NCBI RefSeq assembly: GCF_030144855.1
Contig: NC_082728.1
Span: 33,232,001 to 33,296,000 of the forward strand
Direction: 5' to 3'
Source: Hypanus sabinus
Lineage: Eukaryota
Length of the DNA stretch: 64,000 nt
The translations under genes were made by a program, and so were the position numbers. Shown here piece by piece: positions 35,416-47,975 of the stretch; positions within the stretch are counted from its first letter, which is position 1, and every line of letters begins with the position of its first letter. Below the pieces are notes generated by a model. The model saw nothing but the letters and a program-made list of their open reading frames with translations. It was not told the origin of the DNA and did not search any database.

Positions 35416-36574
35416 TCTCTGAGATCAATCATAGTCCCTTGGGGTGAAAAATGATGGTGAAAGATCCAAGACTGGCTGAGTGAAGCCTTCCAAGAACAAA
35501 AGGAGATGTGTGAAGTTGCCTTCATTGACCTTCATTCCCGTCTCTTGGCTATCAGCATCTAAAAGAAAAGACAAGTTGTGTTATCTTCATCAGTTACTTT
35601 GAAGCTCTCTTCTGATGTTACTAATAGTCGTGGAAGTGATATAAAACCACAAAACAAATAAAGTAAGTTATACATGTTCTTACTCTGAACACATTGGAAG
35701 CCCAATCTTTCATCTTCAGCAATTTTAGAAACAAGTTATAGTCATGTATTTACAAGTACCTGATGCTATACTGTGGCATTATATCTGTTCTTGTCCTGAA
35801 GGAAAAATGCATTGTTTCTGATCCCATTGCCAAGGCCACAATGGTGCACTTGAAGTGGTAGGTTTGCAAACAAAATGGTCATTGTTGCACCATGCAGTGA
35901 GCAAACATTGCACCTACACTGCCATGCTATCTTTACAGGAAATGTTGCCTCACAATACCCTATTCTATCAACTGTTGTCCTCTTTTTCATCTCAAACTAC
36001 CCTTCAATCTGTCAATGTAGTGAGATCATAGGCATCCTTACACTGGAAGAAATTATGAAAGTAATATTCCTGGTAATTTTCTGATTCTGATTCTTATTCT
36101 GACATCTCGACTTTGTAACTGCTTCATTTCTCCCTTCTCAAATGGAAAAGTCAAATGCTTTCTTTCCTCCACTTTCAACAGCAGATATTTCACTTCCTCA
36201 TTGCAACTGCAATGGTGTCCTTATTAGTACAATTGTAAAGATTTCTCTTCCGACCCTGAATTTTCTATTACTGACTAAAGGAACTTGTTCCCCTGCAGTA
36301 GACCTCTTGCCGCAATCTTTTTGTGCTAATGATATGTTGAACAGGAAACAGCTGTATCATAACAGTAAATACAATGACAGAAATAATAAATATCACCACG
36401 TGTTCTTATATTCACATATGACTCACAGACAAGCATTCATTCTGACATCTATTTTTGCAGGTCTCATTCCACAAATGAGAAAGCTGGACATGGATAATGA
36501 TGTGTCACATTTTCACTATCTGTCCATTAGGTCATTTGGGGAGATATTTATTTTAAGAGTTTTGATGTGAAATA

Positions 36575-36965
36575 CACTCAGTGTCTACAGGAGGGGAACC
36601 TGGTGTGATCTTCTGCTGTTTGTGGCCCATTCACTTCAAGGTTCAACATGTTGTGCATTCAGAGACACTCTTCTGCACATCATTGTTGTAACACGTGGTT
36701 ATTTGGGTTACTGTCACCTTCCTGTCAACTTCAACCGGTCAGGTCATTGTCCTCTGACCTCTCTCATTAGCAAAGTGTTTTTGCCCACAGAACTGCTGTT
36801 CACTGGAATTTTTTTTCTTTGTTTCCTGCACTATTCTCTGTCAACCCTAGAGAGTGTTGTATATGAAAAGGCCAGGCAATCAGCATTTTCTGAGATTCTC
36901 AAACCTCCTGTCTGGCAACAACAAACGTTCCATGTTCAAAGTCACTTAAATCACATTGCTTCAGC
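36575..36965 (-). mobile_element. Tc1-derived element truncated by a Rex1 insertion
   Basis: Same family as 2225 and 33625. Confidence 0.65.
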
Positions 36966-36974
36966 ATTCTTAAC

Positions 36975-38180
36975 AGTGATTGGAAAACTGAGCCTACTGG
37001 GCCTGAACACCTCCCTCTGCAACTGGATCCTAGACTTCCTGACTGGGAAACCTCAGTCAGTCTGGATCGGGAGCAGCATCTCCAACACCATCACACTGAG
37101 CACGGGGGCTCCCCAGAGCTGTGTGCTCAGTCCACTGCTGTTCATTCTGCTGACCCACGACTGTGCTGCAACACACAGCTTGAACCACATCATCAAGCTC
37201 GCCGATGACATGACCGTGGTGGGTCTCATCAGCAAGAACGATGAGTCAGCATACAGAGAGGAGGTGCAGTGGCTAATGGACTGGTGCAGAGCCAACAACC
37301 CGTCTCTGAATGTGAACAAAACAAAAGAGATGGTTGTTGACTTCAGGAGGGCACGGAGCAACCACTCTCCACTGAACATCGATGGCTCCTCAGTATAGAT
37401 CATTAAAAGCACCAAATTTCTTGGTGTTCACCTGGTGGAGAATCTCACCTGGTCCCTCAACACCAGCTCCATAGCAAAGAAATCCCAGCAGCATCTCTAC
37501 TTTCTGTGAAGGCTGAGAAAAGTCCATCTCCCACCCCCCCATCCTAATCACATTCCTCAGAGGTTGTATTGAAAACATGCTGAGCAGCTGCATCACTGCC
37601 TGGTTCAGAAATTGCACCATCTCGGATCGCAAGTCCCTGCAGCGGATAGTGAGGTCAGCTGAGAGGTTCATTGGGGTCTCTCTTCCCACCATTACAGACA
37701 TTTACACTACACGCTGCATCCCCAAAGCAAACAGCATTATGAAGGACCCCACGCACCCCTCATACAAACTCTTCTCCCTCCTGCCATCTGGTAAAAGGCA
37801 CCAAAGCATTCGGGCTCTTATGACCAGACTATGTAACAGTTTCTACCCCCAAGCTATCAGACTCCTCAATACCCAGAGCCTGGACTGACATCAACTTACT
37901 GCCCTCTACTGTGCCTATTGTCTTGCTTATTATCTATTGTAATGCCTGCACTGTTTTGTGCACTTTATGCAGTCCTGGGTAGGTCTGTAGTCTAGTGTAG
38001 ATTTTTTTGTCTGTGTTGTTTTTACGTAGTTCATTGTCATTTTTATGTAGTTCAGTGTAGTTTTTGAACTGTTTCATGTAGCACCATGGTCCTGAAAAAT
38101 GTTGTCTCATTTTTACTGTGTACTGTACCAGCAGTTATGTTCAAAATGACAATAAAAAGTGACTTGACTTAACTTGACTC
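36975..38180 (+). mobile_element. Rex1/Babar LINE, 5'-truncated
   Basis: [51 protein letters not shown]; (GACTT)n tail. Confidence 0.88.
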
Positions 38181-38725
38181 TGAGAAATAGTTCTTTAGGC
38201 ACAAAATCACAGAAAAAATGTAATAATTAAGAAAAGTATGTAAAAGGATTTATTTGGTTAATACTTGTGTAAAATGGATCACATGAAATGTTAAGAAGAC
38301 ATGCATTGGATCAAGGAAGGAGAAGTGGAGACGGATAACACTTAACACTATGGCAGATTATGAGGGGGTATATCATATGTACTTGATGTTGTGGTGTTTG
38401 CTGAGCTTGTCAATTAGCTTGCAGAGGCTTCATCACCAGTCGAGCTGACATTTTCTGAGGATGTCTGCAAGCTAATTGCCAAGTTTGGCAAACACTGCAA
38501 CGTCAGGCACCTCAACCTGAGCTACCAATATTTTCCACCATTACATGCGCTCTTTGTGAATTGCTTATAAGGACGCTGGTGTGAGATGATGACATCAATT
38601 TTGGTTTAATGCAGACATAAAGTTAAATGAAGCAAATTATGAAAACAGTGCTCAGGATTTGGAATGCAATATATGGGCCCAACTGATTTTATTTTTAACT
38701 GCTCTAGTAGTAAGCCAGTCCTTAC

Positions 38726-38893
38726 CTGGGCTAGGTTCCTACATGTGAACTTCAAAAGATAACTTTTCTTTTGCTTCAGTAGGCACGAAAACATTCTCAC
38801 CAATATCTAGCATCATGTAGTCTGGCCTGATCAAATTCCTAGCTTTGAATTTACCAGCTGTTAGACAGTGAAAGCTGCTGGCATCCCTGACAT
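38726..38893 (-). other. Exon-like 168-bp segment with a YMML motif and one late in-frame stop
   Basis: atatttgcag| ... CAG|gtaagg; only the phase-1 frame is open (50 codons): DVRDASSFHCLTAGKFKARNLIRPDYMMLDIG...EVHM*EPSP. Confidence 0.3.
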
Positions 38894-39394
38894 CTGCAAA
38901 TATTCATAAACAACAATAAAGTTTATTAAAGATTCAGAAACAAATATTTTAAATAATAAACAAATGACATTCTTCAGAGCTGTAAATCTAGATAGACCCA
39001 AACAAACTGCTGGAGGAACTCAGCAGGTCAGACAGCATCTATAAAAATGAATAAAGAAGCAATTTTTAGGCTGAGATCCTTCATCAGTTCTTGATTTTTT
39101 TTCAAGGATTTGCATAGAGTAAAACACAGGGTTTACAATTTATATGGCTTTTCCCACACCTATTTTAACCTCTTGCAAAACCAACTGATGAGCTTATTAG
39201 TTCTCCGCTGAACCACAACAGTACCATGAGAAGCAATCAGTAAGTTTTGAGATTGGAATCACAAACTGCTATAAGTGGAAGAGTGGAGTGATCTTTCCAA
39301 ACTTTGTAGAGTTAGGGTAGAGTCAGACAGGGTGTTCTGTAACGGATGTTTGGAGACCAAGCATCCTTTTTGGTTTTGTGGGAGGGAAATGAAC

Positions 39395-41150
39395 CATCAT
39401 AGAGTGGACAGCTATGTGTGGAGCCAAAAGAGATTGGGTGAGATTTTGAACAATTTATTTTCTTCGGTATTCACTAAGGAGAAGGATATTGAAATGTGTA
39501 AGGTAAGGGAAACAAGTAGGTAGTTATGGAAACTATGATGATTATAGAAAAGGAAGTACTGGTGCTTTTAAAGAATATAAAAGCGGATAAGTCTCCGGAT
39601 CCTGACAGGATATTCCCTAGGACCTTGAGGGAAGTTAGTGTAGAAATAGCAGGGGTTCTGACAGAAATATTTCTAATGTCATTGGAAATGGGGATAGTGC
39701 TGGAGTATTGGCGTATTGCTCATGTGGTTCCATTGTTTAAAAAGGGCTCTAACCTAGCAGTTATCGGTCTGTAAGTTAGACGTCAGTGATGGGTAAATTA
39801 ATGGAAAGCATTCTTAGAGATGGTATATATAATTATCTGGATAGACAAGGTCTGATTAGAAACAGTCAACATGGATTTGTGCGTGGAAGGTTATGTTTGA
39901 CAAACCTTATTGAGTTTTTTGAAGAGCTTACTAGGAAAGTTGACGAGGGTAAAGCAGTGGATGTTGTCAATATGAGCTTCAGTAAGGCCTTTGACAAGGT
40001 TCCACATGGAAGGTTAGTTAGGAAGGTTCAATCGTAAGGTATTCACATTGAAGTAGTAAAATGGATTCAACAATGGCTGGATGGGAGATGCCAGAAAGTA
40101 GTGGTGGGTAACTGTTTGTCAGGTTGGAGGCCGGTGACTAGTGGTGTGCCTCAGGGATCTGTACTGGGTCCAATGTTGTTTGTCATATGCATTAATGATC
40201 TGGATGATGGGGTGGTAAATTGGATTAGCAAGTATGCAGATGATACTAAGATAGGTGGTGTTGTGAATAATGAAGTAAGTTTTCAAAGCTTGCAGAGAGA
40301 TTTATGCCAGTTAGAAGAGTGAGCTGAAAGATGGCAGATGGAGTTTAATGCTGATAAGTGTGAGGTGCTACATTTTGGTAGGACTAATCAAGGTAGGACA
40401 TACATGGTAAATGGTAGGGCATTGAGGAATGCAGTAGAACAGAGTTATCTAGGAATAATGGTGCATAGTTCCCTGAAGGTGGAATCTCATGTAGATAGGG
40501 TAGTGAAGAAAGGGTTTTGGTATGCTGGCCTTTATATATCAGAGCATTGAGTATAAGAGTTGGGATGTAATGTTAAAATTGTACAAGGCATTGGTGAGGC
40601 CAAATTTGGAGTATTGTGTACAGTTCTGGTCACCAAATTATAGGAAAGATGTCAACAAAATAGAGAGAGTACAGAGGAGATTTACTAGAATGTTACTTGG
40701 GTTTCAGCACCTAGGTTACAGAGAAAGGTTGAACAAGTTAGGTCTTTATTTTTTGGAGCGTAGAAGGTTGAGGGGGGACTTGATAGAGGTATTTAAAATT
40801 ATGGGGGGAATAGATAGAGTTGACGTGGATAGGCTTTTTCCATTGAGAGTAGGAGAGATTCAAACAAGAGGACATGTGTTGAGAGTTAAGGGGCAAAAGT
40901 TTAGGGGTAACATGAGGGGGAACATCTTTACACAGAGAGTGGTAGCTGTGTGGAACGAGCTTCCAGTAGAAGTGGTTGAGGCAGGTTTGATTTTGTCATT
41001 AAAAAAAAATTGGATTGGTATATGAACAGGAAATGAATGGAGGGTTATGGGCTGAGAGCAGGTAGATGGGACTAGGTGAGAGTAAACGTTCAGCATGGAC
41101 TAGAAGGACCGAGATGGCCTGTTTCTGTGCTGTAATTGTTATATGGTTAT
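39395..41150 (+). mobile_element. CR1 ORF2 3' half with 3'UTR
   Basis: QHGFVRGRLCLTNL, VPQGSVLGP, YADDTK, RPNLEYCVQFWSP. Confidence 0.9.
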
Positions 41151-42054
41151 ATCATATCATCATTGAGGGGTGGGGGGGGGGTCTGGTGTCAACTGGAGAA
41201 GAATCAGGAGTTTGGAGAAAAGAAGGGAGCATGCAATTAAAAATCTGGATCAAGAACTCTGATGTTTGAATTGACTTTATTACTTACATGCTTCATATAC
41301 ATGGGGAGTAAAAATCTTTACATTTCTGTCTAAATGTGCAATGTGCAAGTTATAGTAATTTATAACATAGTGTAACATAGAAATACAATTATATTAGCAA
41401 GAATTAATCAGTCTGGTGGCCTGGTGGAAGAAGCTGTCCTGGAGCCTGATGGTTCTGGATTTTATGCTGCAGTACTGTTTCCCGGATGGTAGCAGCTGGA
41501 ACTGTTTAGCGTGCGTAGGAATTTGAAGGCCAAGTGATTAGCTGGTGGTGCTTATAGTATGTTCAATGGATCAGGTAATGTCACCAGCAGGTTCAGAAAC
41601 AGCCTTTTTCCTACAACCAACATAGTACTGGCCCAACGATAACCCTACCTCAAAGGAGCTCTATGGACAACCTCTTACATGATTACAGACGTGTCACTGA
41701 TTATGTTACCTTTTGCACAAATGTCTTACTTGATTAGAGTTTTTCTTCATTGTCTTTCACACAATGCATGTATAACTTATTTTCTTGTGCTCTCTGAATT
41801 TATAGGCCTGAGATGCGGCTGCAAATAATCGTTTATTGCACCTAATTCTCACTTTACTTATCCATATGACAATAAACTCAACTGCTGCTAAAACAATAAA
41901 TTTCATATCATACACTGTATGTCAGTGATATTAAACTTGATTCAGATTATGGTAACTTGACTATTTCAGGCAGTGTTAGAGATGTAGTTTTAACACTTGG
42001 TGGGAAAGTAAGGGTTGGTGAGGGAGGTCTGCAAGGATTTAGGTAAATATTTCA

Positions 42055-43310
42055 AGTCAAGTCACTTTTATTGTCATTTCGACCATAACTGCTGGTACAG
42101 TACACAGTAAAAATGAGAAAATGTTTTTTTCAGGACCATGGTGTTACATGACACAGTACAAAAACTAGACTGAACTACATAAAAAACAACACAGAAGAAA
42201 ACTACACGGGATTACAGACCTACCCAGGACTGCATAAAGTGCACAAAACACTGCAGGGGTTACAATAAATAATGAACAAGACAATAGGGCAGTAAAGTGT
42301 CAGTCCAGGCTCTGGGTATTGAGGAGTCTGATAGCTTGGGAGAAGAAACTGTTACATAGTCTGGTCGAGAGAGCTCAAATGCTTTGGTGCCTTTTCCCAG
42401 ATGGCAGGAGGGAGAAGAGTTTGTATGAGGGGTACGTGGAGTCCTTCATAATGCTGTTTGCTTTGCAGATGCAGCGTGTAGTGTAAATGTCTGTGATGGC
42501 GGGAAGAGAGATCCCGATGATCTTCTCAGCTGACCTCACTATCCACTGCAGTGTCTTGCGATCCGAGATGGTGCAATTTCCAAACCAGGCAGTGATGCAG
42601 CTGCTCAGGATACTCTCACTAGAACCCCTGTAGAATGTGATGAGGATGGGGGGTGGGAGATAGACTTTCCTCAGCCTTTTCAGAAAGTAGAGATGCTGCT
42701 GGGATTTCTTTGCTATGGAGCTAGTGTTGAGGGACCAGGTGAGATTCTCTGCCAGGTGAATACCAAGAAATTTGGTACTCTTAACGATCTCTCCCGAGGA
42801 GCTGTCGACGTTCAGCGGGGAGTGGTCGCTCCGTGCCCTCCTAAAGTCAACAACCGTCTCTTTTATTTTGTTGACATTCAGAGACTGTTGGCTCTGCAAC
42901 AGTCCATTAGCCACTGCACCTCCTCTCTGTATGCTGTCTCATCGTTCTTGCTGATGAGACCCACCATGGTCATTTCATCGGCGAACTTGATGATGTGGTT
43001 CGAGCTGTGTGTTTCAGTACAGTCATGGGTCAGCAGAATGAACAGCAGTGGACTGAGCACGCAACTCTGGGGAGCCCCCGTGCTCAGTGTGATGGTGTTG
43101 GAGATGCTGCTCCCGATCCGGACTGACTGAGGTCTCCCAGTCAGGAAGTCTAGGATCCAGTTGCAGAGGGAGGTGTTCAGGCCCAGTAGGCTCAGCTTTC
43201 CAGTCAGTTTCTGAGGGATGATTGTGTTGAATGCTGAACTGAAGTCTATGAACAACATCCAAGTGTACGTGTCTTTTTTGTCCACGTGGAGGGTGATGGC
43301 AATGGTGTTG
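42055..43310 (-). mobile_element. Rex1/Babar LINE, 5'-truncated; inverted relative to the 36975 copy
   Basis: [32 protein letters not shown]; (GACTT)n tail. Confidence 0.9.
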
Positions 43311-43944
43311 TCTGTTGAGCGGTTGGGACGGTTACTGACCTGGCAGAAATTCCAGGCCGCTGTTGTAGGAGTGAGATTGTGCTAATCTGGGAAACTCCAT
43401 TCATGAACAACTGGAGAGAAGTGCTGCCAATGATATTGTCCTTGATCCAGAAATCGCTTCGGGAGTCTTGTATTTGTCTCATGATAGAAGATGTCAATTA
43501 TATTTTCTCACTGAAGCAAAAATTAAAGATAAGCTTTGTGTTACTCAAAAAAACTTGATTTTCCTGAAAAAATGGCATCTCATTTACAAGAAACTGAAGT
43601 TTCTGAAAATTTATCAATGATAAACCTTTCAAAATAATAAGATCATTCTACCCAGCTCTACAGCAAGACCATAAGCAGGTTCGGAATGAATACATTTGCA
43701 AGTTTCCTACATTTTGAAATCAGAACGACTCTGTGTGGAGGAAATGATAAACCGATAGCTAGGAATGAATTTGCCATTCCTTAACAAGATGTGGAATCAA
43801 CTTGAATCGTTTATAAAATAATTGTAAAATAAAAGTGAGGAAGAAATCCAAGTGTGTTTGACTGGCATCTCGGATAGCTTGCATGCCTTGACATTTTATT
43901 TTTTATTTAGAGATATAGCACAGTGCATCTAAGTGACTGACAAA

Positions 43945-44110
43945 ACTACTATCCTGTATGTCTTTGAAATATGGGAGGAAACTTTAGCACCCAGAGCAAA
44001 CCCATGCAGTCACAGGGAGAATGTATGAACTCCTTGTAGACAGTAGCAGGAATTTAACCCAGGTCACAGACATTGTAAAGCATTACATTAATGACTACAG
44101 TACTGTGCCA
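43945..44110 (-). mobile_element. V-domain (HE1/DANA-like) tRNA SINE
   Basis: Antisense of ggagttc..ttctccctgtgactgcatgggtttgc...tttcctccca. Confidence 0.55.
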
Positions 44111-45389
44111 CACCTTGAAAGTAAATTTCTTGAATAGATCCTTCCTTAAACAATCTTAGGACTCAAATTACTGTACATCTGCACGGATAATGTGGGGGAA
44201 GGAATACCAACAAAACATGTACAAACTGCCTTCAAATCAAATGGTCTTGGTTGTTTTTTTTCTTTTGTTCTGGATTCCCAGCAGCTGCAACTTCATTATT
44301 TGCCTTTTTACTTTTTGAACTCTCTGAACTGGAGCTTCAAGCAAGCAAAACCTTCATTTGGAGCAGTGACCTTCAAGTGAACTGCCAAAATGTTTTTGCA
44401 GCATGTCAATGAGTGTTATAGGTAGAGCAAGGGAGGTGTTGAGTGAAGAATGGGTCATGCATGGCGTTATGGAGAGTGGGAAAAATTCATGAGCGACAGA
44501 GATTTTAAAGTCAATACAAACTTTATTCATAATATAAATATTTACAAAAGTATGCCGTGCAATGCCTTTTCATTCGTTCATTCATAGTCAATGCTTTGAG
44601 TACTGTTCTGTTACATTCCTACGTACCAACAGTAAAAAAGACGCTCATGCGGTATTCCATCTTGAGAGGTGCCCTCACCCAACCCAGTCCCTCTGCTTCT
44701 AACCACAAGACCTCTACTTATATTTGTTTACCATTGTACATAATCCAGAAGTGTGCAGGCTGAGCGCAAAGACGAAAAGAGGATGATGTGTCTGGTGAAC
44801 TTTTATTCCGAGATAGAAGATATTTATTTAGTTGTGAGTATTGTCATTCATGCAAAGGTGTGAATCTGCATTGATCGTTAGACATGTGCAGGTGTATGTC
44901 AGTATACTGTGTAGAGCCCCGGGGCAGGCTGTCACCTGCTAGTCATGATTTTATTGTGTGAGCTTTGCATGCACGCTTGATCTTAAAGGCACGTAGACAA
45001 ACAAGAAAGATTTTTATCAATGCAACCTTGTATGATTTCACTATTACAAGCTAATTGATACTTATCCCATTCAATTGATAGCACGGTAAACATTCCAAAT
45101 AAGGTTATCTCCAACTTCGTGTTCCATTCAAAATTACCTTTTCTTATCAGACACACTGAACAGCTGCGGAAGAAGATCCAATGATCCTCTTCCAAACCTC
45201 TAGTTAATCAATATGAGAGATAAATCTTCCCTTTCCTGACCATACCACGACTCAAACCAATGAGAATAAGAAATTTCACACTAAACTTATGTGTCTTTAT
45301 CCTTCATTTTTAGATTTGCCAGCTCTCTCACGCTAAAGTGAGCCCTGTTGCACTCACCTCAATAATAAGCAAGTGCTTAGAGAGGCTGT

Positions 45390-46545
45390 TTAAAGATTAC
45401 ATCTGCAGCTTGCTATCACCCACACTGGACCCCCTGCAATTCGCCTACCGACAGAACCGGTCTACACATGACACCATACCACAGGTCTACACACTGTCAT
45501 CACTCACATGGTAAGAGGGATGCACATGTTAGAATGCTGTTCCTGAGTATTCGACACCATAATTCTCTCCAGAGTTGTCAGGAAGCCCAGAGACCTCGGC
45601 CTGCACCCTGCCATGTGCAGCTGGCTCCTAAACTTCCTATTGCTGACAGGTGGTAAGGGTGGGCTCCCTCTCCTCTACCCCTCTGACCCTCAACAATGTG
45701 CCACCCAGGATTGTGTTCTGTCCCTTTCGCTACTCCCTTTACACCCACAACTGTGCTGCCTCACACATCTCCAATCTGCCGATCAAATTTCCAGGTGACA
45801 CGACGTTGATTGGCCTTATTTCTAGCAGTGACGAGACAGCCTACGGAGGAATGGTTAACACCCTGACACAGTGGTGCCAAGATACCAACCTCTTCCTCAA
45901 TGTCCAAAAAACAAAAAAGCTGATCGTGGATTACAGGAGGAACAGAGATAGGCTCACCCATGATCAATATCAATGGGACTGCAGTTAAGAGGGTGAGTAG
46001 TTTTAAGTTCCTCAGTGTACACATCACTGAAGATCGTAACTGGACTGTACACACCGTCTGTGTGGCAAAAAAAGCATAGCAGCGTCTCTTCCACCTCTGG
46101 CGACTGAAGATATTTGGCATAATCCCCTAAATCCTTAGGACTTTCTACAGGGGCACTATTGAGAGCATCCTGATTGGCTGTATCACCACCTGATATGGGA
46201 ACTGCACCAACCTTGATCACTGGGCACTGCAGAGCATGGTACGGACAATCCAGTGCATCTGTGGATGTGAACCTCCCTCCATTGAGGACATTTACGGCAG
46301 CAGGTGCATAAAGAAGGCCTGGAAGATCATCGGGACACCAGTCATAAACTGTTTCAGCTGCTTCCATCTGGTAAACAGTAACGCAGCATTAAAGCCAGGA
46401 CCAACAGGCTACAGGACAGCTTCTTTCTACAAGCCATTAGACATATAAATTCATTTGTCTGAACATTGCGATGGAGTCATAACACAAAGATTTTTACTCC
46501 TTCATATTGTGGGGTAGATGTAAGATTTAAATAAATTCAAATTCA
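45390..46545 (+). mobile_element. Rex1/Babar LINE (different subfamily), degraded
   Basis: LDPLQFAYRQNRST, KF..DTTLIGLIS..DETAY, LNVQKTKKLIVDYRR; (AATTC)n tail. Confidence 0.82.
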
Positions 46546-47524
46546 AATATTTCAGTGATTATTAAGATATTTTGGTGGTTAGCATACATAACTTCACACA
46601 TAAGACATCTTTAGGGAGCAGTGTCTCAGAAAGTCAGTGTCCATTATTAAGGACCTCTAGCACCCAGGGCATGCTCTTTTCTCACTGCTACCATCACATA
46701 GGTGGTATAGAAGCCTGAAGGTACAAACTCAGCGATTCAGGAACAGCTTCTTCCCGACTGCCATCTGATTCCTAAATTGACTTTGAATCTTTGCACACTA
46801 CCTCACCTTTTTTAATATACAGTATTTCTGCTTTTGTAATTTTTAAAAATCTATTCAATATTCGTAATTGATTTACTTGTCTATTTGTTATTATGTTTTA
46901 TTTTATTTATTTATTTTTTCTCTCTGCTAGATTATGTATTGTATTGAACCGCTGCTGCTAAGTTACCAAATTTCATGTCACATGCCGGTGATAATAAACC
47001 TGATTCTGTTAACTTCAGCAACTGACTTCCACCACCAATCTTCAAATATGAACATAGACAACAGATTAAATTTAAAATGCTGCTCTGAACAATGGGATCC
47101 TAAAAACCCTGAAAAACCAATGCTGATTAAAATGCCTTTAGATGTCAGCAGTGTGGGTGCGAATGAGTAGATTTGAAGTTTGTGTGTAGTTCAAAGTAAG
47201 CATTGTGGATGCATTGCAATTACGGAATTGTCCTTTTGATCTATAGGTCATAAAATGTTGTGTAGTGATAAGTCAAGCAGGTCTTTTCCTCTGAAAGGAT
47301 CTCTGAATGATGCCTGCTATGCCTCATTTTGATCTTCCTATCTTGTCCATTGACAGTCTATACATGGCCCAGCCAGAACTGGACACATTTTTGTGCCTTG
47401 TTGTTGAATTTGGCAAGATCTGCCAACAGTACAGGGTTCCTCTAGCAAGGGGCATTGCAGGAGATGTTACATAGTTTGTGGCTCAGTTGCACATTCACAA
47501 GTTTTTGGGCTGGTTGCATATCCC

Positions 47525-47975
47525 CATTTATTTAGTGACACCTTTGAATGACCTACACCAGTCCTAACTTAACAGTCCTAAGTCTGCTAAGGCACTTCCA
47601 GGTTGCCCAGTTGCAATTAGCTCCTGGGGGAGGCTTTCATCCGTTGGGGGTTTGAGACTGGTGAGCCGGTCTTCCCACAAGGCGATGCGGGCTTCAGATG
47701 GGGCTGATTGTAATGGAACAACACTGTTCATGAAGCTCCTCCTTGGTGTAGGTGTACGACCGTGTAGAGGGTGCTTCTCATCTGATGTTTGACAGAGTCA
47801 TCCTATCTTGCTGGCTACCATTCTTCTTATATCAGGGGGAGCGATACCCACCAGGATATATAGGCTGTTGGTGTTTGTTGGTTTTAAGCAACGTGTGATA
47901 AGTCGGCAGCTTGCATTCAGAATGGCATCCATCTTCTTAGCATGAGTAGATCTTTCCCATGCAGGGCAGGCATTT
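47525..47975 (-). mobile_element. Non-LTR retrotransposon ORF2 C-terminal fragment (RTE-X/I-like, clade uncertain)
   Basis: LYILVGIAPPDIRR...WKCLSRLR motif on the minus strand. Confidence 0.5.

Noticed and set aside
36427-36483. 57-bp minus-strand AG/GTGAGT-bounded segment
   Set aside because: Stop in the phase-1 frame, and its donor is too close to the next candidate acceptor
36142-36570. 142-aa plus-strand ORF with an internal acceptor at 36460
   Set aside because: Low-complexity AT-rich translation, no recognisable domain, no compatible partner exons
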